The notes: generated from the sequence alone by a model not told the origin. 32,000 nt of DNA from Halococcus sp. AFM35 (GCF_051195015.1 NZ_JBNTJU010000006.1:98720-130719), one strand, 5' to 3'. Shown: positions 19,745 through 29,272, counted from the stretch's first letter. Translations and numbers: made by a program.

Positions 19745-20102
19745 GCGCCATTCGTTATAGGACTTCGCTCGCGGTAGCGTGGCGGCAGCGGTGCGGCTGC
19801 GGCGGCGATGCGGCCGCCGTGCGGGTGCGGTTCCTCGGTGGATGAAGGGCGAGACTGCTTCGCGCGGCTCGCGGGTCGTACCTCCCCGCTCGCCCGTTTC
19901 GAGGCGCTTTGCGCCTCGCTGCCGAGGGCTTCGGTGGTGCTGTGCGGTAGTTCGGAAGGTGTCCGCGCGAACGGAGTGAGCGCGGTTCGCCGCGAGTGAG
20001 CCGCAGGCGAGTGAGCGGAAGTTTTTGGTCCAGATTTTTCAAGGAGTGGTGGGCGAGCGAGTGAAACGAGCGAGCGCACCCGACGAGTAAAAAGGTGGGT
20101 TC
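19745..20102 (-). repeat. Non-coding palindrome-rich element, copy B of a dispersed repeat (inverted relative to copy A)
   Basis: Minus-strand reading starts GGAACCCACCTTTTTACT right after the aglD-like stop, then GAAAAATCTGGACCAAAAACTTCCGCTC (20013-20040), CGAACCGCGCTCACT... and GAAGCCCTC, paralleling copy A. Far boundary approximate. Confidence 0.7.
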
Positions 20103-21905
20103 CTAGTCGTCGGTCGGCGTCGCCTCCACATCCCTCCCTTCCTCGACGGCGGTGGTGAGCGAGACGTTGAGCACGACCATCGAGGCGAGACCGCCGACGA
20201 CGGTGACGATGTTCTTCACCGCGTGGTCGACGATGGCCGCGCCGAGGGCGACGGGCGTGGCGACCGACGTCAGGCCGACGACGAGCAGGCTGAACGCGCC
20301 TTCGTAGAGACCGAGACCGCCCGGCGAGAGCGGGAGCACCTTGGCGAGGTTGCCGACGCTCACGGCGAAAAAGCCGACGGCGACGAGCGTCGTGAGCGGG
20401 AGCGCCACGTCGAAAGCGGCGAAGACGAGGAGTGCGGTGATGACGTCGAGCGTCCAGATGGCGACGCTGCTCGCGCCGATGCGGGCGAACGCGCCGCGGT
20501 CGCCCGCAACGGTTTGGACGTCGCCGACGAAGCGCTCGATGACGCCCGCGACGCGGTCGGCGTAGGCGTCGGAACTCACTTTTCGGACCCCGTGACGGAC
20601 GAGATTGCGTTCGGAGCGCGCGCTGGCGACGATGGCTCCGACGAGCACGATGGCAGCCAATCCGACCGTGCTGGCGACCAGCAGGGCGACGCGACCGCTC
20701 CGATTGCCCTCGGTGACGGCTGCACCCAGTCCCGCGAGGCTCGTGATGCCGGTCGCCGCAAGTCCGACGAGGACGACGCCAGCGAGCAGCGTGATGGTGA
20801 GCAGGTCGAAGACCCGCTCGACGGCCAGCGAGGCGAATCCAGTGGGATAGGGCACACGCCGGCGCGTCTTGACGACGTAGGCTCGGACGGCGTCGCCCGC
20901 CCGCGCTGGGAAGACCAGATTCCCCGTCTGGGAGATGAACACCGCGCCCGTGAGGAAGCCCAGTCCTTCGGTGTATCCCAACTCGTCGAGGATGTCCCGA
21001 TAGCGCGCGCCGCGAATCGGCCACGAGAGCACGTAGACGAGCGCCGCCGCGAGGACGAGCGCGGGATTGGCGGTTTGGATCTCGGCGAGCATCCGCGAGA
21101 CATCGATGTACTGTGGCATCAGCGCGATGGCGAACAGCGTGAGTAGCGTGCCGGCCGCGAGCGTGACACGCCGGGTGATTCGCGGCGCGACGGCGAGTTG
21201 CCACCACGTGCGCAACACGCCGCTGCCCATGCCGAGCACGTCACGGACGAAATCCACGGTCGTGTCGCCCTTCGGCGTCCACTCGACGGGAAATTCGTGA
21301 ACGCGATAGCCCGCGCGCTGGGCGCGCACGAGGAGTTCGGTGTCCCAGAACCAGTGGTCGTCCTCGACATCGGCGAGCAGCGATTCCAGCACTGTGCGGT
21401 CGAAGGCCTTGAATCCACATTGGTGGTCGCGGACCGACGAGCGCAGGAACAGTCGGACGAGCCCGTTATAGGTGCGACTCGGCACGTCGCGGTTGGCTGG
21501 TCGGTCGGCATCGCTCGCCGCGAGCAGGCGCGAGCCGGTGGCGATGTCGCACTCGCCCGAATGCACACTCGTGACGAGTTCTTCGAGGTGGCGCATGTCC
21601 GTCGCGAGGTCGGTGTCGAAATACGCGAACGTCTCGCCGCGGGCCGCTCGAAAGGCACGTTCGAGCGCGCCGCCGCGGCCCAGTCGCTCGTCGCTGTGGA
21701 CATGTCGCACGCGCTCGTCTTCGCGGGCGAGGCGGGCGGCGATATCGGGCGTGTCGTCGGTGCAGCCGTCCTCGGCGACCAGGACCTCAAAGGTTCCCTC
21801 AGGAAGGAACGATTCGAGGGTGTCGAGCGTGGTTTCGACGGTCGCGGCCAGCGTCGCCTCCTCATCGTAGGCAGGCAGGACGACACTCACCTCGACCGTA
21901 CTCAT
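20103..21905 (-). CDS. aglD: GT2 glycosyltransferase fused to a UPF0104/LPG-synthase-like membrane domain (AglD-like)
   Basis: N-terminal VSVVLPAYDEEATLAATVETTLDTL, VLVAEDGCTDDTPDIA, YFDTDLATDMRHLEEL and the DDHWFWDTELLVRA catalytic region. The C-terminal half is polytopic, with RAGDAVRAYVVKTRRRVPYPTGFASLAVERVFDLLTI and PLSPGGLGLYEGAF. Start ATG at 21905. Confidence 0.85.
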   Translation of the reverse strand: MSTVEVSVVLPAYDEEATLAATVETTLDTLESFLPEGTFEVLVAEDGCTDDTPDIAARLAREDERVRHVHSDERLGRGGALERAFRAARGETFAYFDTDLATDMRHLEELVTSVHSGECDIATGSRLLAASDADRPANRDVPSRTYNGLVRLFLRSSVRDHQCGFKAFDRTVLESLLADVEDDHWFWDTELLVRAQRAGYRVHEFPVEWTPKGDTTVDFVRDVLGMGSGVLRTWWQLAVAPRITRRVTLAAGTLLTLFAIALMPQYIDVSRMLAEIQTANPALVLAAALVYVLSWPIRGARYRDILDELGYTEGLGFLTGAVFISQTGNLVFPARAGDAVRAYVVKTRRRVPYPTGFASLAVERVFDLLTITLLAGVVLVGLAATGITSLAGLGAAVTEGNRSGRVALLVASTVGLAAIVLVGAIVASARSERNLVRHGVRKVSSDAYADRVAGVIERFVGDVQTVAGDRGAFARIGASSVAIWTLDVITALLVFAAFDVALPLTTLVAVGFFAVSVGNLAKVLPLSPGGLGLYEGAFSLLVVGLTSVATPVALGAAIVDHAVKNIVTVVGGLASMVVLNVSLTTAVEEGRDVEATPTDD

Positions 21906-21956
21906 TGGTTCGAGTGAATCAGCCACCGACAAAGCCCTTCTGGCTTCAGCACGGAA

Positions 21957-23645
21957 TCAGTCCGCGCTCTCGGGTGCTCGGGCCGTCGCAAAGCCCGGTA
22001 GCTCGACGCCGAGTGCGTCGCTGGCCTCGGCAGTCGAGTCGTAGGGCCGATTCACCACGAGTGTGCCAGCGCGCTGGCTGCCGAGACCGGGCAGCGCCGC
22101 GAGTTCGTCCATCGAGGCACGATTGAGGTCGAGCGGCGCGGGCACGCCCGAAACCGACCGATAGCCGTGGTCGGTCACGGCCACGTCGACCGTTCTCCCG
22201 AGGTCATGTTCGCCCGGAATCGCCACCAGCAGGGGATAGGTCCCGAGCTGTCGGCCGAAGGTCTTGCCGTCCTGGTGGTATTCGAGATGCACGTCCGGCA
22301 GCAGGGTGCCGGCGGGGGCGACCCGTTGCAGCATCGGGTTGTCGATCTCCTCGCGGACTTCCGTTTTGTACTGCTTGAACTGCTTCTTGTGGTCGTCGGC
22401 GATTTGGGTGCCGGTCTCGCTCATCTCGGTCCCATCGAAGGCCATCACCTGCCGGATGTTGACGCGGCGGAGCGACAGACCGGCGTCGTAGACCCGGTGG
22501 AGGAACTGCTTGTTCAACTCGAAGGTCTTCTCGCGCTCGCCCTGCAATCCGTGCAGGAGGTTGATGCCGGGCAGCAGTTTCGGCAAGCGATTGTCGTCCG
22601 GTCGCCAGCCCGCCTCCTCGTTGACGATTTCGATGGCGCGAAAGCACTCGTCGGCGGTCACATTGAGTTCGTTCTGTTCCTGCACGACCGGGTCGGCGCT
22701 TTCGAGACCGAAGGCGGCCGTGTCGCCGGGCGTGTTGTGTTCGGCGATGATACTAAGCCCCTCTCTGGACTGTTCGGGCCAGCGCACGATGGTGACGGGG
22801 TTGATGTTGTCGAGATGCAGCGTTTCGAGGCCCGGCACAACGTCGCGGATTCCCGCATAGAGTTCCCGCAGCGCGTCGGGGTTCGGGGCCTCGCCATCAC
22901 CGCCGTAGGCGAGCAGGTCGGCCTGCCGTCCGAGCCGGAAGTGTTTCACGCCCCGGTCGGCAAGCGCATCGACCTCTCCGACAACGGAGTCGGGCGGACG
23001 GAAGGCCGGGTTGCCATACAGGGGTTCGGTACAGAACGAACACCGGTAGGCACAGCCCCGCGAGGTTTCGAGTTCGCAGATGAGGTACTCGGGATGGTTC
23101 GGGTGCTGTTCGACGACGAACGCGCCCTCTCGTGCCCACCGCGTGACCTCATCGACGTCACGCATCCGGTTGCCGAACTCCTCCAAGCCATTCGTGACGA
23201 GGTCGTGGGCGGCAGCCTCGACGTCGCCTTTGGCGACGAACTCGAAATCCAAGTCTTTCCGCTCGGTTTCCTGTCCGCCAGCGTTCTCCTCGCCGACGCC
23301 GAATCGGACTGGGCCGCCCATCAGGCTCGTTCCTTCGGCGACCCATGCGAGTTCGCGGACCTCGTCGGGTTCGGCGGGCGTCCCACCCACATACTTGCCC
23401 GGAACGGTCATTCCTCCCAGATATATCATCAGGTCGGCGTCGGCCACGTCGCGCCAGTTTTCCCGCTCGTCGCGCAGTTCGTCGATGGTGTGGTAGGTGA
23501 TGCGCTCTTCGGAAACGCCCGCATCGACGAGCGCGCCGGCGGTGAATCTGGGATACGTCGAGATGTACGGCGGCACACCGAAGTGGGCGGGTTCGTCGAC
23601 GTATCCATCGATGAGGGTGACGTCGAGCGTGGCTGGGTCGGTCAT
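21957..23645 (-). CDS. B12-binding-like radical SAM protein with C-terminal helix-hairpin-helix
   Basis: Radical SAM CELETSRGCAYRCSFCTEP, C-terminal LDLNRASMDELAALPGLGSQRAGTLVVNRP. Start ATG at 23645 (MTDPATLDVTLIDG). Confidence 0.88.
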   Translation of the reverse strand: MTDPATLDVTLIDGYVDEPAHFGVPPYISTYPRFTAGALVDAGVSEERITYHTIDELRDERENWRDVADADLMIYLGGMTVPGKYVGGTPAEPDEVRELAWVAEGTSLMGGPVRFGVGEENAGGQETERKDLDFEFVAKGDVEAAAHDLVTNGLEEFGNRMRDVDEVTRWAREGAFVVEQHPNHPEYLICELETSRGCAYRCSFCTEPLYGNPAFRPPDSVVGEVDALADRGVKHFRLGRQADLLAYGGDGEAPNPDALRELYAGIRDVVPGLETLHLDNINPVTIVRWPEQSREGLSIIAEHNTPGDTAAFGLESADPVVQEQNELNVTADECFRAIEIVNEEAGWRPDDNRLPKLLPGINLLHGLQGEREKTFELNKQFLHRVYDAGLSLRRVNIRQVMAFDGTEMSETGTQIADDHKKQFKQYKTEVREEIDNPMLQRVAPAGTLLPDVHLEYHQDGKTFGRQLGTYPLLVAIPGEHDLGRTVDVAVTDHGYRSVSGVPAPLDLNRASMDELAALPGLGSQRAGTLVVNRPYDSTAEASDALGVELPGFATARAPESAD

Positions 23646-23726
23646 GGAGGGACAAGAGCGTCGCGACCTAAAACTCCCACTCTCACGACCCGTGGGGTTG
23701 ATAGGCCGCGCGGGACTACGGGAGGT

Positions 23727-23885
23727 ATGCCCGCAACGCTCGAAGTGGTCTGTGAAAACGACGACTGCGAACTCGACATGTTCGAAATGCACTACACCTA
23801 CGACATGCCCGACGACGTGGGTGTTAGCGACTTCCAGTGTCCGTACTGCACCGCAACCGACACACTCCGGGAGGTCGAACTGTGA
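23727..23885 (+). CDS. Small zinc-ribbon protein (52 aa)
   Basis: MPATLEVVCENDDCELDMFEMHYTYDMPDDVGVSDFQCPYCTATDTLREVEL, with Cys pairs near both ends. Coupled to the next gene by an overlapping GTGA. Confidence 0.82.
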   Translation: MPATLEVVCENDDCELDMFEMHYTYDMPDDVGVSDFQCPYCTATDTLREVEL

Positions 23886-24349
23886 CCAGCGTCGGTGAGT
23901 CGCTGCGCAACACTGTGCTCGACGGCGTCGGTCGCTTCGCGGGCCGCGCCCAGGAGCGCCGCCCGCTGCCGACGGACCTCCTCGAAAGCGACGACGCCTA
24001 TCTCGTCGTCTTCGACGCGCCCGACGCGAGTGCCGCCGACGTACAGGTCCGGTTCTCCGACGGTTCGGTCCACGTCCGCATCGACCGCAGCCGCGAACAC
24101 CGCGAGGGCTTCGAGATGCGCTTTCCTGGGCGCGGCCTCTCGCTCGATGGAAGCGTGCGACTTCCCGCCGAGGCGACAGTGGACCCCGACGCAGCCACCG
24201 CGACGCTCACCGCCGAGGGGACGCTCGAAGTCGAACTGCCGAAAGTCGAGGGAACTGAGGACGGACCGATACGGATTTCGGCCGACGAAGGGAGCGAAAC
24301 AGACGTCATCGACGAGCGGAGCGACGAGGACGCCAGCGGTTCGAAGTGA
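23882..24349 (+). CDS. Hsp20/alpha-crystallin-like small heat-shock protein
   Basis: GTG start at 23882. DAYLVVFDAPDASAADVQVRFSDGSVHVRIDRSREHREGFEMRFPGRGLSLDGSVRLPAEATVDPDAATATLTAEGTLEVELPKV. Confidence 0.82.
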   Translation: MTSVGESLRNTVLDGVGRFAGRAQERRPLPTDLLESDDAYLVVFDAPDASAADVQVRFSDGSVHVRIDRSREHREGFEMRFPGRGLSLDGSVRLPAEATVDPDAATATLTAEGTLEVELPKVEGTEDGPIRISADEGSETDVIDERSDEDASGSK

Positions 24350-24579
24350 GACACTCGCGCGACCAGTCTTCGATCACGAACATCCGAAGTCGAGTCGACC
24401 CGGTATACCACGGTCGCCGTGTATCCGACCGCAGTCGAACCGTTCGAGCTTCTATACTGTCGGACAGATCCGTCTCGGAAACGCAGCTCGAATATCCAGT
24501 TGCTGTCCGGCGTCTTCGGCCGGTCGATATTCACCCACTTCTGTACAATAGTATATATAATCTATGCCAAAGGAAACCG

Positions 24580-25902
24580 CTATTGCCCTTCGGTCTCGTA
24601 CGAAAGCGCGACAACGCGACCGTCGCCGTAGATCGTATATAGCTCCGCTGCCCGGTCGTCGTCCGTGTTCGCAATCGTCGGATGGACGTATACCGGCACG
24701 TTTCGCTCGTAGGTGGCGCGCACGTTCCCTGTGCCAGGGTCAACCACCGAGACGATGCCGTTGTTCGTTACCGCCACCACCTCGGGGTCGCCATCACCGT
24801 CGATATCGCCCATGCTCGGTGGTGGCGTCATCGGCACGTCCTCGGTGGTGAGTTGAGTCGTCCACTCGACGGTACCATCGCTCGCGTTGATACTCCTGAG
24901 TTTGCCGTCCTTGGCGGTCGCATAGACCTCGGCAGCTCCGTCTTCATCACCGTCACCAAATGCATGTACCGCCGCCAATTCACCGAGGTCCTTTCGCCAC
25001 TGCACCGCCCCGCGTTCGCCGTCGAGCGCGACCACCCGTCCGCCGAACGTCGCAGCGACGATCTCGACCGCTTCGTCGCCATCGGCCTGCCCGGTCGTCA
25101 TCCACGTGATCGACGTCTCGAACGGTGTCGTTCGGTTCCATCTGACCGTTCCGTTCTCGTCCAACAGGACGACTTTCTGGCCGGTCCCGACGGCTATCTC
25201 ATTGTCGTTGTCGCCAGTGAAATCGGCGACCGCGGGTTGGGCTTCGGTCTGCGAGTCGAGTTTCCGGGTCCAGACCGCGGTTCCATTGGGTCGAAGCACG
25301 AAGGCCGTCCCGCGGAAGTCGACGACGACGATTTCGTCGGTAGCGTTGCCGGTCACGTCCGCGACGAGGGGTTGGGTGTAGCCGTAGTCGGTGAGGTTGT
25401 ACGTGAACTCCTGTCTCCCGGTTTTGGGGTCAAGAGCGGTGACGATGTCTTCGGTCGTAGTGGCGACGACCTCTTTCGTCCCGTCATTGTCGAAATCGGC
25501 GAGCGTCGGGTCGGCGACCGAGTGAATCGTACAGTTCGCCGGCGGGACCGTATACCGCCACTGTGGCGTGGCGCTGTCGGCGGTCATCGCCACGAGCCGG
25601 CAGCTACTGGTGTCTCCACCCCCGCTGACCGGCGCGAACACCATCCCTTTGCCGTCGACCTTTCCGGCTGCGGGCGCATGATGGTTCCCGAGGATATCAG
25701 TGGACGTGTTGCTCACCCATCGTTCGTCAAGCGTGCCGCTGGAACTGCTGAGGCTGCTGTACCCGACGACCGCGGTTCCAGCGAGCACTGAAATGAGGAG
25801 CACCACCGCCACGACGGTCCGCGCCTGCATGCGCTCGCGTATCGCCCGGTTGCGAATAAGGTCTCGTGTTGAACCGACCGATTCGAGAACCGTACTACTC
25901 AC
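24580..25902 (-). CDS. Exported/membrane-anchored FG-GAP/VCBS-like beta-propeller protein (paralog 1)
   Basis: N-terminal TM VVAVVLLISVLAGTAVVGYSS. Repeated ADFDNDGTKEVVATT, ADFTGDNDNEIAVG and GDIDGDGDPEVVAVT motifs. Confidence 0.85.
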   Translation of the reverse strand: MSSTVLESVGSTRDLIRNRAIRERMQARTVVAVVLLISVLAGTAVVGYSSLSSSSGTLDERWVSNTSTDILGNHHAPAAGKVDGKGMVFAPVSGGGDTSSCRLVAMTADSATPQWRYTVPPANCTIHSVADPTLADFDNDGTKEVVATTTEDIVTALDPKTGRQEFTYNLTDYGYTQPLVADVTGNATDEIVVVDFRGTAFVLRPNGTAVWTRKLDSQTEAQPAVADFTGDNDNEIAVGTGQKVVLLDENGTVRWNRTTPFETSITWMTTGQADGDEAVEIVAATFGGRVVALDGERGAVQWRKDLGELAAVHAFGDGDEDGAAEVYATAKDGKLRSINASDGTVEWTTQLTTEDVPMTPPPSMGDIDGDGDPEVVAVTNNGIVSVVDPGTGNVRATYERNVPVYVHPTIANTDDDRAAELYTIYGDGRVVALSYETEGQ

Positions 25903-25996
25903 TGGCTGGTTCGGTCGTTGCTATGATTGGTCGATATTGTGAGCTGTGGACGGTGGGCTGGTCGGGGTATTTCGGTTCTACAAGTGCTGTATTCGG

Positions 25997-27259
25997 CTAC
26001 GCGGCGTACGAAAGCGCAACGACACGAGCATCGCCGTAGATGACGAAGATTTCCTCCCGACCGTCGTTGTCGAAATCAGCGACTCGGGGGAACGTATTGA
26101 TCGGGACATCGCGTTTGTACGAATCGACTATCTCGCCGGTTTCCGGGTCGACGACTGCAATGAGACCCGTGCCAGTCACGGCGACGAGTTCGGGGTCACC
26201 GTTTCCATCAAGGTCGCCCATGCTCGGCGGTGCCATAACGTACACACCCTCTTCGGTCGTGAGTGTCGTTTTCCATTCGACGCTTCCATTTGATGCGGTG
26301 AAGCTTCTGAGCGTCCCGTCTCTTGCGGCAGCATAGACCTCCGGGTCACCATCGCTATCGCCATCACCGAATGCCTTGACGGTCGCCCCTCTGGCGCTGA
26401 CGTTCCGTTGCCATTCAACTGAGCTATTTTCGCCATCGAGCATCGTCACTTCACCGAAAAAGCTTGCAAACACCAACTCAGTCGCTGCGTCGCTGTCGGC
26501 CTGTCCAGTCGTCATCCATTTCGTCGTCGTTGCGTTCGGGAGGTTCCGCTGCCACGCGACGCTGCCGTTACGTTCGAGCACGGTTGCTTTCCCGCTCAAC
26601 TGGCCAATCGCTATCTCTGGGTCGTTGTCGGCGTCAAAATCAGCAACTGCTGGCTGACGAACCTGTGCGTCGGCAAACTTTTCTCGCCACGCGAGGGTCC
26701 CGTTCTGCCGGAAGGCAAACACTCCGCCGAGGAGATCGGCGACGATGGTTTCGTTACCATCTGCCGGGAGGATGTCGGCGATGAGCGGCTTCGAGTAGCC
26801 ATACGAGGTGAGTCGGTGTCGGAACTCTTCGCGTCCAGTCTGGAGATCGTAGGCAACGAGGTCTTTCGTGCTGGTTGCGGCGATCACCTCGTGGTCGCCG
26901 TCGCCGTCGAAGTCGGCGATTGTCGGGTCCGATACCGAATGGATCGTACAGGCTTCCGAGGCGATGGATTGCTGCCAGCGTTGTTCGCCGCTTCCGTTAA
27001 GCACCGTGAGCAGACACGTCTCACCTTGTCGGCTGTTGATGGGCACGGCAACGAACGATTCCCCATCGATGGCGGCGACGGCCGGCGTATGGTGATTGGA
27101 TTCGAGCATCGCCGGCGGGTCACTCACCCATAGTTCGGTAAGCGTTCCATTGTCGACGCTGTTACCCCCAGTGTCACTCGGACCAACCACTCCGAACGCT
27201 GCGGCACCGGCTAGTCCTGCGAAAACAACGAGTGCCGCCATCACGGTCCGCAAGCGCAT
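25997..27259 (-). CDS. Exported FG-GAP/VCBS-like beta-propeller protein (paralog 2)
   Basis: Signal/TM MRLRTVMAALVVFAGLAGAAAFG. ADFDGDGDHEVIAAT, ADFDADNDPEIAIG and GDLDGNGDPELVAVT aligned with the downstream paralog. Confidence 0.85.
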   Translation of the reverse strand: MRLRTVMAALVVFAGLAGAAAFGVVGPSDTGGNSVDNGTLTELWVSDPPAMLESNHHTPAVAAIDGESFVAVPINSRQGETCLLTVLNGSGEQRWQQSIASEACTIHSVSDPTIADFDGDGDHEVIAATSTKDLVAYDLQTGREEFRHRLTSYGYSKPLIADILPADGNETIVADLLGGVFAFRQNGTLAWREKFADAQVRQPAVADFDADNDPEIAIGQLSGKATVLERNGSVAWQRNLPNATTTKWMTTGQADSDAATELVFASFFGEVTMLDGENSSVEWQRNVSARGATVKAFGDGDSDGDPEVYAAARDGTLRSFTASNGSVEWKTTLTTEEGVYVMAPPSMGDLDGNGDPELVAVTGTGLIAVVDPETGEIVDSYKRDVPINTFPRVADFDNDGREEIFVIYGDARVVALSYAA

Positions 27260-27374
27260 TGGCACTCACGTATGACCCGGGTGGGATAAGACTATCCGTG
27301 AGATGAGCGAATTCGAGAATCGAACCAATGGGGCGTATCAACGGTCTCTTTGCTGTTCCAACGCGAGCAAGGGC

Positions 27375-28751
27375 ATGGACAAGCGCCGGACCGTATTCAT
27401 CGTGCTGGTCGCACTCACGGCGTTTGTCGGCGTCACGAGTGCCCATCAGATTCAGAGTTCACGCTTCACCGCACCGATCCCGCTTTCTTTGCTGTTCGGC
27501 GGTGCAGGAGTCACGGTCGCCGCCACGGCGGCATGGCTTGCGATAACGGGTGAGCGCTCGACGGTGGTGCGGACGCAGCCCGTGTTCGTAATTCCGACGA
27601 ACCTCGCAACGCTCGTACGATACGGGGCACGAGCGGTCTTCTTCGGCGGATTTCTCGTCGTTATCGTTCGCGGCTTCTTCGGTCCGCAGATCGCTGCCGA
27701 GAACTTCGCAACGGTGTTCGTCTGGGCAGTGTGGTTCAAAGGCGTCGGCCTGCTTGCGATTCTCGTCGGGAGCCCGTGGCGCGTACTCTCGCCGTGGCGG
27801 ACGCTCTACGACGGGCTGGTGCGAATCGAGGGAAGCGACATCGCGCTGTTCGATGCGTATCCGTCGTGGCTCGGCTATTGGCCCGCATTCGGGGGATTCG
27901 TCGTCGGCATCGGTATCTTCGAGAACCTCACGGTCGTTCCACGTTCACCGGCGGCGACGGCGGTCGTCATCGCCGGGTATGCCGCGGCGATGGTTCTCGG
28001 TGCGGTCGCCTTCGGTCGGGAGTGGTTTCGCCATGCCGATGCGCTATCGGTGCTCTATCGACTGTTCGGGCGGGTTGCTCCAGTGGAGTTCGTCGCGGCG
28101 GATGACGGCTACCGGGTCGTGTTTCGGCCGCCGTGGACCGGCTGTACGCGTCCCATCGAGCGGTTCGGCCTCGTCGCGTTCGTCGTCGCCACGGTCTACA
28201 CGGTGAGCTTCGATGGCTTTACGAACACGCCGGAGTTCCAGAGTCTCCTGTTCGGTCTCCGGGACCTGCTCGCGACCGGTCCCGGAACGAGCGTGCTCGT
28301 GTACGTCCTCGGATTGGCTGGATTCATCGCGGCGTTCGTCGGCGTCAGCATGGCGATGGAGACCGTCAGTGGGAGTGGTGGATGGCGGGGGACGGCCGTC
28401 GCGTTCGCACCGACGATACTACCGATTGCCGCGGCCTACGAGGTCGCCCACAACTATCCGTTCGTCGTCGAGCGGCTCGGGCGGCTCGCGGCCGTCGCGT
28501 GGTCGCTCGCCGTCTCTCCGATGGAACCGATCAGTCTGCTCTGGTGGCTGTCTGTCCCGGTGTTCTGGGGGTCACAGGTGCTGCTCATCGTCGCCGGACA
28601 TATCATCGCCGTCGTGGCCGCTCACTCTGTGGCGGTCGAGCGCTACGAGACGCTCTCCCGAGCCAGACGGGCACACCTCCCGCTCGTGGCACTGATGGTG
28701 GGCTATACGGTGCTCTCGCTGTGGATCATCTCGCGGCCGGTCGTCTCGTGA
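27375..28751 (+). CDS. Polytopic integral membrane protein of unknown function
   Basis: 457 aa from ATG 27375: signal-like MDKRRTVFIVLVALTAFVGVTSAHQ, then many hydrophobic helices and charged loops. Confidence 0.8.
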   Translation: MDKRRTVFIVLVALTAFVGVTSAHQIQSSRFTAPIPLSLLFGGAGVTVAATAAWLAITGERSTVVRTQPVFVIPTNLATLVRYGARAVFFGGFLVVIVRGFFGPQIAAENFATVFVWAVWFKGVGLLAILVGSPWRVLSPWRTLYDGLVRIEGSDIALFDAYPSWLGYWPAFGGFVVGIGIFENLTVVPRSPAATAVVIAGYAAAMVLGAVAFGREWFRHADALSVLYRLFGRVAPVEFVAADDGYRVVFRPPWTGCTRPIERFGLVAFVVATVYTVSFDGFTNTPEFQSLLFGLRDLLATGPGTSVLVYVLGLAGFIAAFVGVSMAMETVSGSGGWRGTAVAFAPTILPIAAAYEVAHNYPFVVERLGRLAAVAWSLAVSPMEPISLLWWLSVPVFWGSQVLLIVAGHIIAVVAAHSVAVERYETLSRARRAHLPLVALMVGYTVLSLWIISRPVVS

Positions 28752-28906
28752 CAGCTCGTGATTCGACTCGCACACCAGAATGGTTATTCGCGCGACCACC
28801 CAATCGTGGGCAATGGAACGGCGGAGTCGTCACCTTCAGGACGCCCTTGTTGCTGGGTCCGGTACGGGTGCGCTCGCTTGCGTGAAGTGGGAGGTGACGT
28901 TCTGAG

Positions 28907-29272
28907 ATGAAACTACTAAACATCGTTCTGCATTTGGGAGTGAACCGAGGCTCCGCACTACTCGGCGAGGTTGCACTGCCGACCGTCCTCGTCATCACGG
29001 GAATCGTCTCGTTGGCCGTTCTCGGACTCGGTGTCGTTGCGTTGGCACAGCGACGCTCGCGGTCGTATCTGTTGATCACGATGGCGCTCGGAACGTTGGT
29101 GGGACGCACGCTGGTCGGCGGGCTGGCCGTGGATGGAACGGTTGCGATGGAGTTCCACCACCTCATCGAACACGCGCTCGACGGCGTGATGGCCGCCTTG
29201 TTGCTCGCCGCAGTGTATTACGCCCGCATGACCGAGCGTCCGAAACTGACTACCAATGAACAAGACTCGTAA
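28907..29272 (+). CDS. Small membrane protein, conserved hypothetical
   Basis: 121 aa with about 3-4 hydrophobic helices and FHHLIEHALDGVMAALLLAAVYYARM. Overlaps the next regulator gene by 17 bp. Confidence 0.75.
   Translation: MKLLNIVLHLGVNRGSALLGEVALPTVLVITGIVSLAVLGLGVVALAQRRSRSYLLITMALGTLVGRTLVGGLAVDGTVAMEFHHLIEHALDGVMAALLLAAVYYARMTERPKLTTNEQDS

Noticed and set aside
19729-21207. 492 aa minus-strand ORF (MVATRRRAANHPACHARGRHATHAVRHRADA...)
   Set aside because: It lies in a shifted frame over the aglD-like gene and repeat copy B. It has Arg/His/Pro-rich composition typical of an alternative frame in GC-rich DNA, with no family motif.
22167-23885. 572 aa plus-strand ORF
   Set aside because: Its first ~520 codons are the antisense shadow of the radical SAM gene. 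Only the last 52 codons (zinc-ribbon protein from ATG 23727) are credible.
24682-25791. 369 aa plus-strand ORF
   Set aside because: Antisense shadow of beta-propeller paralog 1. The minus frame has clear signal sequence and repeated FG-GAP-like motifs.
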